From NCBI GenBank assembly GCA_947586205.1, contig CANPXO010000002.1:397-64396 (forward strand): a stretch of DNA of 64,000 nt, written 5' to 3'. The stretch's first letter is position 1. Each line of letters starts with the position of its first letter. Source of the stretch: an uncultured Bacilli bacterium (lineage in GTDB: Bacteria; Bacillota_I; Bacilli_A; RF39; UBA660). Made by a program: the position numbers and the translations under genes. The notes under the pieces are model-generated. The model was not told where the DNA came from, did not search any database, and was given only the letters and a program-made list of their open reading frames with translations. This document shows positions 45,837 through 54,891 of this stretch, one piece after another.

Positions 45837-47570
45837 ATGATAAATTATGAAGAATTAGAGAAACAATTAACGCGGGTAAATGAAGAATGTTATTCTTTTT
45901 TTGAAGAAATTTTAAATGACTATTACAAATATATTGTCGTATTAGATACAAAAACATTAAATTTGTTAAATCTTTATAAAGAGATTCTGTTAAATCAAGG
46001 AAAAATAAAGGAAGCAGAAGTACCAATTATTTTAACAAAAAATGCTTGGTATGCAAAGGCAAAAGAATATGCAGATGAATTACGACAATATAAAGAAATA
46101 CGTATTCCGACATTAATTATTGAAGAAGATATTTCTTTTGGAGATGAAGTAAAAGCTTTATTAGAAACTATGAATGAAAAAGTACAGAAAAATATTCCAG
46201 ACGTAGAAGCAAAACCAGATGTGCGTTTTATGTATAATTCTCCCCTTTTAATAGTCAAATCTATTTATATGTCTCGGCATGAAGGTAAAACAATACCTCC
46301 GTCATATCTTTCTACTTATCAACGCTTGAAATATAAAGTTAAGTACGCAGATAAACCTTATAATATGTTTTACGGTGCTGTAACAAGGTTACTTACTTTA
46401 GGAAGAGACGGAATTGTTTCACAAATTTCAAATTCAACTACATTTTCTATTGATAAAAAAGATGTAGAAGTCTTAGATAAAAATTTTATTTCTATTAAAA
46501 ATCCTCATTTTCATGACTCTATTTGGGTAAAAGAAATAAACGGTAGTATGGGTACAATTGGCTTTGAAACTCTTTATGGAGTGGAGGCAAAAAATGATAG
46601 GATAACAATGACTCCCTTTACTTTTTTTAGTGAAATTACTATGGATAAAAATAAAATGATTTCTGCTTTTAGTCAATTTTATTATGGATTAAAAGAAAAA
46701 GTAGAACAAGAATTACAAGATGAAAATAAAAAAGATTTACTAGTTGATTTATTATGTTTTTTGTTTAATCAAAATTTAATGTTACTTTTAAAAGAAAAAG
46801 TAGAACTTCATGATATAGATTATACTTTTTTGAGAGCTCAATACGAACCTATTTCATTTATGAAACAAATAGAAGAAAAAAATCAACCATGGATGTCTTT
46901 TGAAAATATGGAAAAAATGATAAGAGAGATTGTGAGCAGCAACTTATGTGAAAGGGAAAACATTACTGTAAATAATGGGAATATTAATTCCTCAGTTTTA
47001 GAAAAAATTGAAGATAAAATGTATTTACAAATTTGCAAAACAGAATTGATGAGAGCAAAAGTATATAAAAATGAACATTGGGAATGTCCAAGACCAGATC
47101 CATTAAAGGAAGAATTTTTAGAAAATAAAGAAAATATCCTAGAAGTTTTATATGTTCTTTTAAGATATATGAATTTGGGAGTATTAGAAACAAATATTCG
47201 AAAAAAAGAAAATGATAAATATGTAACATCTTATATATGGCCATCAGAATCTATTTTATTAAAACCAATAAGATATGGAAAGTATTTGCAAGTGTTGGAA
47301 TTTATTGCAAATGATTGGTATGGATTTGGTGACGAGGATATCGCAGAGAGGATAAATCGAGGCTTAAAGAAATTTTTTGATTCACCTGATGAAAAAGAAA
47401 TATTAGAAAAATTACAGGAATATGTAAGGGAAGTACATACAATGGGTCATAGTCTTAGGGAACTCAACAATCCTGAAATGATGTTTTTTGATTTGGAAAA
47501 TCAACAAGATACTATGCAAGGTGATATCATTTTAATGAGACGTTATATCGACAGATGTCATGAATGGTAA
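45837..47570 (+). CDS. hypothetical protein (577 aa) on an inserted segment; weak PRTase-like N-terminal signature
   Basis: ATG after GGAGGA. Own promoter TTTACA-17-TAAAAT (45781-45809). The N-terminal strings IVVLDTKTLNLLNLYKEIL and IPTLIIEEDISFGDEVKALL resemble a phosphoribosyltransferase fold loop. The rest is unrecognised. Confidence 0.6.
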   Translation: MINYEELEKQLTRVNEECYSFFEEILNDYYKYIVVLDTKTLNLLNLYKEILLNQGKIKEAEVPIILTKNAWYAKAKEYADELRQYKEIRIPTLIIEEDISFGDEVKALLETMNEKVQKNIPDVEAKPDVRFMYNSPLLIVKSIYMSRHEGKTIPPSYLSTYQRLKYKVKYADKPYNMFYGAVTRLLTLGRDGIVSQISNSTTFSIDKKDVEVLDKNFISIKNPHFHDSIWVKEINGSMGTIGFETLYGVEAKNDRITMTPFTFFSEITMDKNKMISAFSQFYYGLKEKVEQELQDENKKDLLVDLLCFLFNQNLMLLLKEKVELHDIDYTFLRAQYEPISFMKQIEEKNQPWMSFENMEKMIREIVSSNLCERENITVNNGNINSSVLEKIEDKMYLQICKTELMRAKVYKNEHWECPRPDPLKEEFLENKENILEVLYVLLRYMNLGVLETNIRKKENDKYVTSYIWPSESILLKPIRYGKYLQVLEFIANDWYGFGDEDIAERINRGLKKFFDSPDEKEILEKLQEYVREVHTMGHSLRELNNPEMMFFDLENQQDTMQGDIILMRRYIDRCHEW

Positions 47571-47588
47571 AAAGTATTTGATGACATC

Positions 47589-47666
47589 GCACCTACTGTA
47601 CTTGACTATATGGAAATTGCTGTTCCAAAAGAAATGCGTGAAACCAAAAGCTTAATCATAAAATAG
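47589..47666 (+). pseudogene. orphan second copy of the gpmI 3' end (last 25 codons + stop)
   Basis: It encodes APTVLDYMEIAVPKEMRETKSLIIK*, identical to the gpmI C-terminus at 45693-45770. It differs at 6 synonymous third positions. It has no start codon and lies directly after the stop of the 577-aa ORF. Confidence 0.8.
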
Positions 47667-47693
47667 CATAGGGATAAAAAGCGAAAAAAGTGG

Positions 47694-47722
47694 TTTACAA
47701 TCCTAGCAACTTATGCTAAAAT
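47694..47722 (+). promoter_or_regulatory. rpsF operon promoter TTTACA-17-TGcTAAAAT
   Basis: Hexamers are at 47694-99 and 47717-22. The -35 box and flank (gatttacaat / ggtttacaat) are duplicated at 45779-45788. Confidence 0.55.
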
Positions 47723-47800
47723 AATCGCGAGTAATGAAATTTACTCCTTGCTTTTTCTGAAAAATGAGAAAGCCATTAGACCATAAGGAGGTGTAAAAAA

Positions 47801-48091
47801 ATGAACAATTATGAAATTATGTTTATTGTAAAAGCAACAATGGAAAGCGGAGACGTAAAGAAAACTGCAGAAGGTTATAAAAAATTAGTTTCTGACTTAA
47901 AAGGTAAAGTTGCTGAGTACAAAGAACTTGGTGAAAAGAAATTTGCCTATCCAATCAAAAAAGAAATGAATGGATACTATTTTGTTATGCAAGTAGAAGC
48001 TGACAAAGATTGCATTGGTGAATTTGACCGTAAAATTCGTTTAGATGAAAACGTTTTAAGACATTTAATTATTCGTAAAGAAAGAGAGTAA
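47801..48091 (+). CDS. rpsF: 30S ribosomal protein S6
   Basis: MNNYEIMFIVKA... is typical of S6. rpsF-ssb-rpsR operon order. Confidence 0.95.
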   Translation: MNNYEIMFIVKATMESGDVKKTAEGYKKLVSDLKGKVAEYKELGEKKFAYPIKKEMNGYYFVMQVEADKDCIGEFDRKIRLDENVLRHLIIRKERE

Positions 48092-48094
48092 CAT

Positions 48095-48574
48095 ATGAAT
48101 AAGGTAATTTTAATTGGAAGATTAACAAGGGATCCAGAACTACGTACAACGGGAAGTGGAATGTCAGTCACTAGATTTTCTGTAGCCATTAACCGTCCGA
48201 CGAGTTCTCAAAACGGTGGACAACCTCAAACAGATTTCATTAACTGTGTCGCTTGGGCAAGACAAGCTGAGAATATTGCAAAATATTGTACTAAGGGCTC
48301 TCAAGTCGCTGTAGATGGAAGAATTCAAACAGGATCTTATACAGGACAAGATGGACAAAAGCATTATACAACCGATGTTGTCGCTTTAAATGTCACATTC
48401 TTAGGAAGCCGTAGTTCACAAGATGGAAGTTCTGCTGGAGGAAGTACGAGTTATTCTCAACCTATGCCAACTTATGATGAACCACAAGATTTACCAACAA
48501 CCGATATTACAGAAAATATTTTTAATGATTTTGGAAATGAAGTCGCATTAACGGATGATGACTTACCATTCTAA
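48095..48574 (+). CDS. ssb: single-stranded DNA-binding protein
   Basis: OB-fold N-terminus MNKVILIGRLTRDPELR, Gly/Ser/Gln-rich linker, and acidic tip DDDLPF. Confidence 0.95.
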   Translation: MNKVILIGRLTRDPELRTTGSGMSVTRFSVAINRPTSSQNGGQPQTDFINCVAWARQAENIAKYCTKGSQVAVDGRIQTGSYTGQDGQKHYTTDVVALNVTFLGSRSSQDGSSAGGSTSYSQPMPTYDEPQDLPTTDITENIFNDFGNEVALTDDDLPF

Positions 48575-48596
48575 GTGAGAAAGGAGAGAGTAGTTT

Positions 48597-48812
48597 ATGC
48601 CAGAATTTAGAAGAAAAAAGAAAAAAATTTGTCAAATGTGTGCTGGAAAAAGCGTTGATTATAAAGATGTTATGATTATCAATAAATATATTAGTGAAAA
48701 AGGTAAAATTTTACCTAGACGTATGACTGGTGCATGTGCAAGACATCAAAGACATATTGCTGAACAAGTTAAATATGCAAGATTTATGGGATTTATTCCA
48801 TTTGTAAAATAG
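48597..48812 (+). CDS. rpsR: 30S ribosomal protein S18
   Basis: KKICQMCAGKSVDYKDV..ISEKGKILPRRMTG.CARHQR is the S18 signature. Confidence 0.95.
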   Translation: MPEFRRKKKKICQMCAGKSVDYKDVMIINKYISEKGKILPRRMTGACARHQRHIAEQVKYARFMGFIPFVK

Positions 48813-48904
48813 ATGCTTTGAAAAAGTGTCTTTTTTATTTTGTACAGTATATACGAATTCTAAAATTTTTGATATAATAAATTCACTTAAAGGAGGTTTA
48901 AGAA

Positions 48905-49345
48905 ATGAAAGTCATTTTATTAAAAGATGTAAAAGGGCAAGGGAAAAAAGACCAAATTATTGATGTCAGTGATGGATATGCAAATAACTTTTTAATTAAA
49001 AAAGGTTTAGCCGTTCCAGAAACAAAACGAAGTAAAGAAGTTTTAGACAAAGAACTTTTAAATCGTCATTTAGAAGAAGAAGAAAAAGTAAGTGACCTTA
49101 CCAAAATGAAAGAAAATATCTTAAAAGAACATCTAGAGTTTCATGTAAAAACTGGAAAAGAAGATAAAGTTTTTGGAGTGATATCTAGTAAACAAATTAG
49201 TGATGAACTAAAAAAATTAGGATATAACATTGATAAAAAATGTATTCAATTAGACCATCCGATAGATACGTTAGGAGTTCATGAAGTGAGCATTGAATTA
49301 CATAAAAGAGTTCAATTTAAAATAAAGATAACAGTAAAGAAGTAG
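48905..49345 (+). CDS. rplI: 50S ribosomal protein L9
   Basis: MKVILLKDVKGQGKKDQIIDVSDGYANNFLIKKGLA is the L9 N-domain. Confidence 0.95.
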   Translation: MKVILLKDVKGQGKKDQIIDVSDGYANNFLIKKGLAVPETKRSKEVLDKELLNRHLEEEEKVSDLTKMKENILKEHLEFHVKTGKEDKVFGVISSKQISDELKKLGYNIDKKCIQLDHPIDTLGVHEVSIELHKRVQFKIKITVKK

Positions 49346-49353
49346 GTGAAAAT

Positions 49354-50706
49354 ATGGCAGCAAGGGAACTACCACAAAATATAGAAGCAGAAATGAGTGT
49401 ATTAGGTGTTGCATTTTTAGACCCTTATGCACTAGAAAGAATTTTAGATAACATTACAGAAGATATGTTCTTTAAACCAGAACACAAAAAAATATTTAAT
49501 GCCTTAGCAAGTCTTTATAAAGAAGGTTCGCCCATTGACCCGACAACAGTCAAAAATGAATTAGATAAGCAAAAAAACTTAAATGCTATTGGTGGATATG
49601 AATACCTAATGGAACTGATTGATTCGGTTGCCACTAGTGCAAATCTTGATTACTACATGGATATTGTAAAAGAAAAAGCAACAAGAAGACGCTTAATTAA
49701 TACAGCAACGAATATTATCACCGATGCTTATAACGAAGAAGATAACTTAACGCATCTTCTAGATCAATCTGAACAAAAACTTTTAAATGTCGTTCGGGCT
49801 AGACAAACAAGTGAATTTAAAACCATTCAAGAAGCATTAAGACAAGCTCAAGAAAACTTAGAAAGAATGAGTAAAAATAAATCGGCGATTACAGGTCTTC
49901 CATCTGGGTTTATAGATTTAGATAAATCGACAAGTGGATTTCATGAAGGAGAACTCATTATCATCGCAGCTCGTCCTGGTATGGGAAAAACGGCTTTTGC
50001 TCTTAATATTGCAACCAATGCCGCGGCTAAAACAGACAAAGCCATCGCGATTTTTAACCTAGAGATGAGTGCTGACCAATTAGTAAATCGTATGATTAGT
50101 TCCGTAGGACAAATTGAAAATGATAAATTAAAAACGGGTATGTTAAATGAAAACGATTGGAAACGTTATACCGAGGCCATGAGTGAGCTAGCAGATACCA
50201 ATATCTATATTGAAGACAATGCATCCATCACGGCTCCAGAAATTAAAGCCAAATGTCGTCGTCTCGCTGGAAATCCTAAAGGTTTAGGTCTTGTCATCAT
50301 CGATTACTTACAGTTAGTTACAACCGGTGGTAGAGTCGAATCTCGTCAAGTGGAAGTATCAGAAATTTCACGTTCATTTAAAACAATGGCCATGGAATTA
50401 AAGGTTCCAGTGATTGCTTTAGCCCAGCTATCACGTGGTGTCGAACAAAGACGTGAATCAAATCAACCTAAACTATCCGATTTACGTGAATCAGGTTCCA
50501 TTGAACAAGATGCAGACTTAGTATTATTTATCAATCGTCAAGATTACTTTGAAGCCAAAACTGCAGATAACAAACAAAACATTGTACCAGTGGATTTAAT
50601 TATTGCTAAACAAAGACGTGGTAGTACAGGCTTAATTCAATTACTTTTTGAATTAAATAAAAGTAGTTTTAAATCTTTTTCTCCAGCTGATGAAGGAGAA
50701 TTTTAG
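49354..50706 (+). CDS. dnaB: replicative DNA helicase
   Basis: N-terminus PQNIEAEMSVLG, Walker A ARPGMGKTAFALNIA, IIDYLQL, and LSQLSR-type motif ALAQLSRGVEQR. Confidence 0.96.
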   Translation: MAARELPQNIEAEMSVLGVAFLDPYALERILDNITEDMFFKPEHKKIFNALASLYKEGSPIDPTTVKNELDKQKNLNAIGGYEYLMELIDSVATSANLDYYMDIVKEKATRRRLINTATNIITDAYNEEDNLTHLLDQSEQKLLNVVRARQTSEFKTIQEALRQAQENLERMSKNKSAITGLPSGFIDLDKSTSGFHEGELIIIAARPGMGKTAFALNIATNAAAKTDKAIAIFNLEMSADQLVNRMISSVGQIENDKLKTGMLNENDWKRYTEAMSELADTNIYIEDNASITAPEIKAKCRRLAGNPKGLGLVIIDYLQLVTTGGRVESRQVEVSEISRSFKTMAMELKVPVIALAQLSRGVEQRRESNQPKLSDLRESGSIEQDADLVLFINRQDYFEAKTADNKQNIVPVDLIIAKQRRGSTGLIQLLFELNKSSFKSFSPADEGEF

Positions 50707-50718
50707 GAAGGAATTTGT

Positions 50719-52242
50719 ATGAAAAAAGAAGGAATTTATGCAGGGGTCATATGTGTCATCTTAATTATCGTATTTGTGATAAGTGGCTTTCATCCAATGA
50801 ATCGAACTCCAAAAAACGTTTATCAAATTTATTTGAATGGAGAAGTTCTAGGACTTGTTGAAAACAAAGACGAATTATTAAATCGCATTAATGAAGAACA
50901 ACAAGATATTAAAGAAACGTATCATGTGAGTCAAGTATATCCTCCAAATGGATTTAACATTGAAGAATATGTTACCTATAATGAGAAAGTCACATCAGCA
51001 AATAATATTTATGAACAAATGCGAGAAAAAAGTGACTTTACCATTGAAGGATATATGATTACGATCACGAGACCTAAAAGTGAAACCGAAGAAGAAAAAG
51101 TGACAAATATCTATGTTTTAGATGATGAAATTTACAAAGAAGCAGAGCATCGTTTTATTACCACATTTGTATCTGAACAAGAATACAATGCTTATATTAC
51201 AAACTCTCAAGAACCAATTCGTGATGTCGGATCTTTGATTAATCATATGGAATTTGAAGAAAGCATTGTGATTAAAAAAGCATACATTCCTGTCAAAGAA
51301 AAAATATTTACAAATGCAAGTGAACTTACTCAGTATCTTCTTTATGGAACAACAGAACCTCAAAAAAACTATACCGTAAAAAAAGGAGATACCTTAAGTA
51401 GCATTGCATCATCTAGTGACTTAAACGTTCGTGAACTTATGATTTTAAATCCAAAATTTCGAAGTGAAAATGCTGTCTTATCCATTGGAGACACTTTAGC
51501 AAACGGGATCATAAATCCAATTTTAACCCTTTATGAAGAAGTTCGTTCCACCGAAGATGTAGAACAAGCATTTACGAAAGTCACCGTAACCGATAATAAT
51601 TTGAGCTATAATACAAGCAAAGTTACTCAAGCTGGAGTGACAGGACTCGAAAGAATCACTCAAGAGTATCGTATTATTAATGGTGAACGTACACAAGATA
51701 CAACAGTTTTAAGTAAAGTGACCATTCGAGAAGCTGTTCAAGAAATTACAGCCGTAGGACCTAGATACTATCCAAATGTGAGTGGTGGAACAGCAGGTAA
51801 TATTAATACTGGTTTAAACTGGGTTTGGCCTACGAATAAACCTTATGTTATTACAACAGATTACGAACCAAGATGGGGTTCTTTCCACCGTGGTCTAGAT
51901 ATTTCAGGAACAGGATTTGGTTCTCCTATTTATGCAGCTCGTGGTGGAACAGTTGTCGAAGTGAATACTTCATGCGCAAACTATGGTTATTATGGAAGCA
52001 TGTGTGGTGGAAGTTATGGAAACTTTGTATCGATTCAACATGAAAATAACTACTACACTTTATATGGTCATATGAAGAGTGATATCATTGTTCATGTCGG
52101 TGATAAAGTAAGTGCGGGCCAAGTCATTGGTTACATGGGTAGCAGTGGTTCTTCTACTGGAACCCACTTACACTTTAGTTTAACGACGGGTATGCCAAAT
52201 CATGGGGGCGTTTGGTACAATCCATGGAGTTTGTATCGATGA
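50719..52242 (+). CDS. membrane-anchored LysM + G5 + M23 metallopeptidase
   Basis: TM anchor. LysM YTVKKGDTLSSIASSSDLNVRELMILNP. G5-like VTQAGVTGLERITQEYRIINGERT. M23 motifs HRGLDISG and GSSGSSTGTHLHFSL. Confidence 0.88.
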   Translation: MKKEGIYAGVICVILIIVFVISGFHPMNRTPKNVYQIYLNGEVLGLVENKDELLNRINEEQQDIKETYHVSQVYPPNGFNIEEYVTYNEKVTSANNIYEQMREKSDFTIEGYMITITRPKSETEEEKVTNIYVLDDEIYKEAEHRFITTFVSEQEYNAYITNSQEPIRDVGSLINHMEFEESIVIKKAYIPVKEKIFTNASELTQYLLYGTTEPQKNYTVKKGDTLSSIASSSDLNVRELMILNPKFRSENAVLSIGDTLANGIINPILTLYEEVRSTEDVEQAFTKVTVTDNNLSYNTSKVTQAGVTGLERITQEYRIINGERTQDTTVLSKVTIREAVQEITAVGPRYYPNVSGGTAGNINTGLNWVWPTNKPYVITTDYEPRWGSFHRGLDISGTGFGSPIYAARGGTVVEVNTSCANYGYYGSMCGGSYGNFVSIQHENNYYTLYGHMKSDIIVHVGDKVSAGQVIGYMGSSGSSTGTHLHFSLTTGMPNHGGVWYNPWSLYR

Positions 52243-53021
52243 AAATTGTTGTATTAGCAAGTGGTTCCGAAGGAAATTCTACTTTTATAGAAAGCAATGG
52301 GACCAGAATCTTATTTGATATTGGCAAAAATAATAAATACATTACAGATAAATTAAAAGAAATAGGTAGTGATGGTTCTTCCATTGATGCCATCATTATC
52401 AGTCATACCCATGATGACCATGTCAGCGCCCTAAAAGTATTTATTAAAAGAAATCACCCCAAAGTTTATGTAACAGAGAAAATGTTTTATGATTTAGATT
52501 ATTTAAAAGAATATGATAATGTTGTTATCTACGATGAATACTTCTTTATTGGCCCTTTAAAAATTGTATCTGTTCATTCTAGTCATGATGCAAGTGATGG
52601 AAGAAACTTTTTAGTCGATACAGGGAATGAAAAAATTGTTTATCTAACAGATACTGGTTACTTAAATCGGAAATACTTTAAAGTCTTAGAAGATGCCGAT
52701 TACTATTTAATGGAAAGTAATCATGATATTGAAATGCTCATGGATGGGCCTTACCCTAAATATTTAAAACAAAGAATTTTAGGGACTTTAGGGCACTTAT
52801 CCAATAACGATAGTAGCTTTTACTTAACAAAATTAGTAAGCGAACGGACTAAAAAAATTATCTTGATGCACTTATCAGAAACGAATAACACCGAAGAAAA
52901 AGCATTAGAAACCTTAAAAAATACATTTAAAGATTATGAAAAAACATTACCAGAAGTCAAATGTGCAAGACAAAGAGAGGTGACCATTGTCGTCGATGAT
53001 AAAGATATTGTGCGTGGGTAA
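52239..53021 (+). CDS. MBL-fold metallo-hydrolase (YycJ/WalJ-like)
   Basis: MKIVVLASGSEGNSTFIESNGTRILFDIG, HTHDDH. The ATG overlaps the preceding stop (ATGA). Confidence 0.85.
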   Translation: MKIVVLASGSEGNSTFIESNGTRILFDIGKNNKYITDKLKEIGSDGSSIDAIIISHTHDDHVSALKVFIKRNHPKVYVTEKMFYDLDYLKEYDNVVIYDEYFFIGPLKIVSVHSSHDASDGRNFLVDTGNEKIVYLTDTGYLNRKYFKVLEDADYYLMESNHDIEMLMDGPYPKYLKQRILGTLGHLSNNDSSFYLTKLVSERTKKIILMHLSETNNTEEKALETLKNTFKDYEKTLPEVKCARQREVTIVVDDKDIVRG

Positions 53022-53430
53022 ATTAAAAGAAAAATATTTGGTTGATTTAGTAAGTGATTATCAAAATAGAATTTCGAAATATCATCCGATTGAAATTATA
53101 GAAGTCAAGGATAGTAATATTGTAGAAGAAAAAAATAATTTGATGAAATATATCAGTGATAAAGATGAAGTGATTACCTTAGAAATTGATGGGGAACAGT
53201 TGACAAGTGAAGAATTTGCAAGTCGAATGGAAAAAGAGTTTATTTATCACTCAAACATCACATTTGTGATTGGTGGGTCTTTAGGACTTCATGAAGAGAT
53301 TCAGAAAAGAAGTAACCTAGCCATATCTTTCTCTCATATGACTTTTCCTCATGGTCTTTTTAGGGGGATTCTACTTGAACAGATTTATCGTTCATTTAAA
53401 ATAAGAAATCACGAAAGTTATCATAAATAA
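52996..53430 (+). CDS. rlmH: 23S rRNA (pseudouridine1915-N3)-methyltransferase RlmH
   Basis: MIKILCVGKLKEKYL, VIGGSLGL, ISFSHMTFPHGLFRGILLEQIYRSF (SPOUT knot). The ATG at 52996 is preferred over the listed 52987 start. Confidence 0.9.
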   Translation: MIKILCVGKLKEKYLVDLVSDYQNRISKYHPIEIIEVKDSNIVEEKNNLMKYISDKDEVITLEIDGEQLTSEEFASRMEKEFIYHSNITFVIGGSLGLHEEIQKRSNLAISFSHMTFPHGLFRGILLEQIYRSFKIRNHESYHK

Positions 53431-53433
53431 AAA

Positions 53434-54030
53434 ATGAAGGAAGTGCCAGAAATGGAAGAAAATTTTTTAGAAATTATTAAACAAAATACCGATTTAATGA
53501 AAGTGTTAGATTATTTAGAAGAATTAAAAGTTCCAAATTATTGTATTTGTACAGGTTCATTAAATCAAACTGTATGGAATTATCTAGATCATTTACCTTT
53601 AAATCATAACATTGATGATATCGATATTTTATTTGAAGATAATGATGATTTAAGCGAAGAAAAAGAGGAAGAACTAAAACAAAGATTAACGGATCATTTT
53701 GAAAAATTAAATATGTCTTATAAGTTTGATACGCATAATATTAGAATTATGAATGTATGGAAATCAAAAATTACCAAAAAAGAGTGCGAACCTTTTATAG
53801 ACATAAACGATTCAATAAAAAGATTATATGCTACAATCCAAGCCGTAGGTGTAACCAAAAGAAGTGGTGAGTTATTTTTATATGCACCTTACGGAGTAGA
53901 AGATATATTTACGAAGACAATACGACCTATTAAAAATAAAGAGAATTCTAAGGAGCAATATGAAAAAAAGGTAAAGGGTTGGAAAAATAGATTTTCTAAT
54001 TTAAATGTGATAGAGTGGGATGAAGAATAA
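53434..54030 (+). CDS. nucleotidyltransferase-family protein (NTP_transf_6/DUF925-like)
   Basis: CICTGSLNQTVWNYLDH..NIDDIDILFED resembles the GxxVRNxVWD..DxDxxYFD signature of this family. Confidence 0.55.
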   Translation: MKEVPEMEENFLEIIKQNTDLMKVLDYLEELKVPNYCICTGSLNQTVWNYLDHLPLNHNIDDIDILFEDNDDLSEEKEEELKQRLTDHFEKLNMSYKFDTHNIRIMNVWKSKITKKECEPFIDINDSIKRLYATIQAVGVTKRSGELFLYAPYGVEDIFTKTIRPIKNKENSKEQYEKKVKGWKNRFSNLNVIEWDEE

Positions 54031-54059
54031 AAAAGAATCTATAAGAAGGAAGTGTCAAA

Positions 54060-54725
54060 ATGATAGGAAATAGTTGGGATGAAAAATTAAAAAGTGTTTG
54101 GGAAAGCGAAGGTTTCAAAGAGTTTTATGGAATGATTGAACATGAATATTTATTACATACCGTTTTTCCACCAAGAAATTATATCTTTAATGCTTTAAAA
54201 CTAACACCTTATGAAAATGTCAAAGTAGTGATTATGGGACAAGACCCTTACCATGGAGAAGGAGAAGCTCATGGACTTTCTTTCTCGGTTCAAAAAGGAA
54301 TTAAAGTTCCACCTTCTCTGCAAAACATTTATAAAGAGTTAAAAGATGATTTAGGAATACCTATTCGTAGTGAAGGCGATTTAACGGGTTGGGCTAAAGA
54401 AGGAGTTTTACTGCTAAATGCAGTTTTAACTGTAGAAAAAGATAAGCCTGCTTCTCATCGAAACTATGGTTGGGAAAAACTAACAGATTACATTATCAAA
54501 GTAATCAATCTAAAAAAAGAACCGGTTGTCTTTATCTTATGGGGAAATTTTGCAAAAGAGAAAAAAGCATTAATTACAAACCCAATTCATTATGTCATTA
54601 CATCTCCTCATCCAAGTCCTTTATCAGCGAGTCATGGTTTCTTTGGAAGCAAACCATTCTCTAAATGCAATCAGTTTTTAGAGTCGAAAGGCATTACTCC
54701 TATTAATTGGGGAAGAATAGAATAA
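54060..54725 (+). CDS. ung: uracil-DNA glycosylase
   Basis: VVIMGQDPYHGEGEAHGLSFSV, GVLLLNAVLTV, HPSPLSA. Confidence 0.95.
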   Translation: MIGNSWDEKLKSVWESEGFKEFYGMIEHEYLLHTVFPPRNYIFNALKLTPYENVKVVIMGQDPYHGEGEAHGLSFSVQKGIKVPPSLQNIYKELKDDLGIPIRSEGDLTGWAKEGVLLLNAVLTVEKDKPASHRNYGWEKLTDYIIKVINLKKEPVVFILWGNFAKEKKALITNPIHYVITSPHPSPLSASHGFFGSKPFSKCNQFLESKGITPINWGRIE

Positions 54726-54816
54726 ATCGGAAAGTAAAATTTCTGATTTTTAAATGCTTAAAAATATTTTAAAAAAGCTTGATTTTTGTTAAAAAATAAT
54801 ATAATATAGCCTTATA

Positions 54817-54856
54817 AATTACAAAAAAAGCAAAAATTATGTATTTTTTGTAATTT
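54817..54856. promoter_or_regulatory. 13-bp perfect inverted repeat just upstream of the ATPase gene
   Basis: AAATTACAAAAAA-(14 nt)-TTTTTTGTAATTT lies downstream of a TTGATT..TATAAT-like promoter and 36 nt before the ATG at 54892. Confidence 0.5.
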
Positions 54857-54891
54857 TCACATAAAATAATAAAGAAAGGATAAGGTTAAAT

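Noticed and set aside
45771-47588. Calling the gpmI-rpsF insert a mobile element
   Set aside because: No integrase, transposase, terminal inverted repeats or tRNA target is visible. Only the flanking duplication is seen, so it is reported as an insertion or hotspot finding rather than annotated as a mobile_element feature.
47728-47760. Possible rpsF leader / S6:S18 autoregulatory structure (GAGTAA-tgaaat-TTACTC followed by CCTTGCTTTTTCT)
   Set aside because: The stem is only 6 AT-rich bp, and I cannot verify the conserved features of the published rpsF leader motif by eye. It would need a covariance-model scan.
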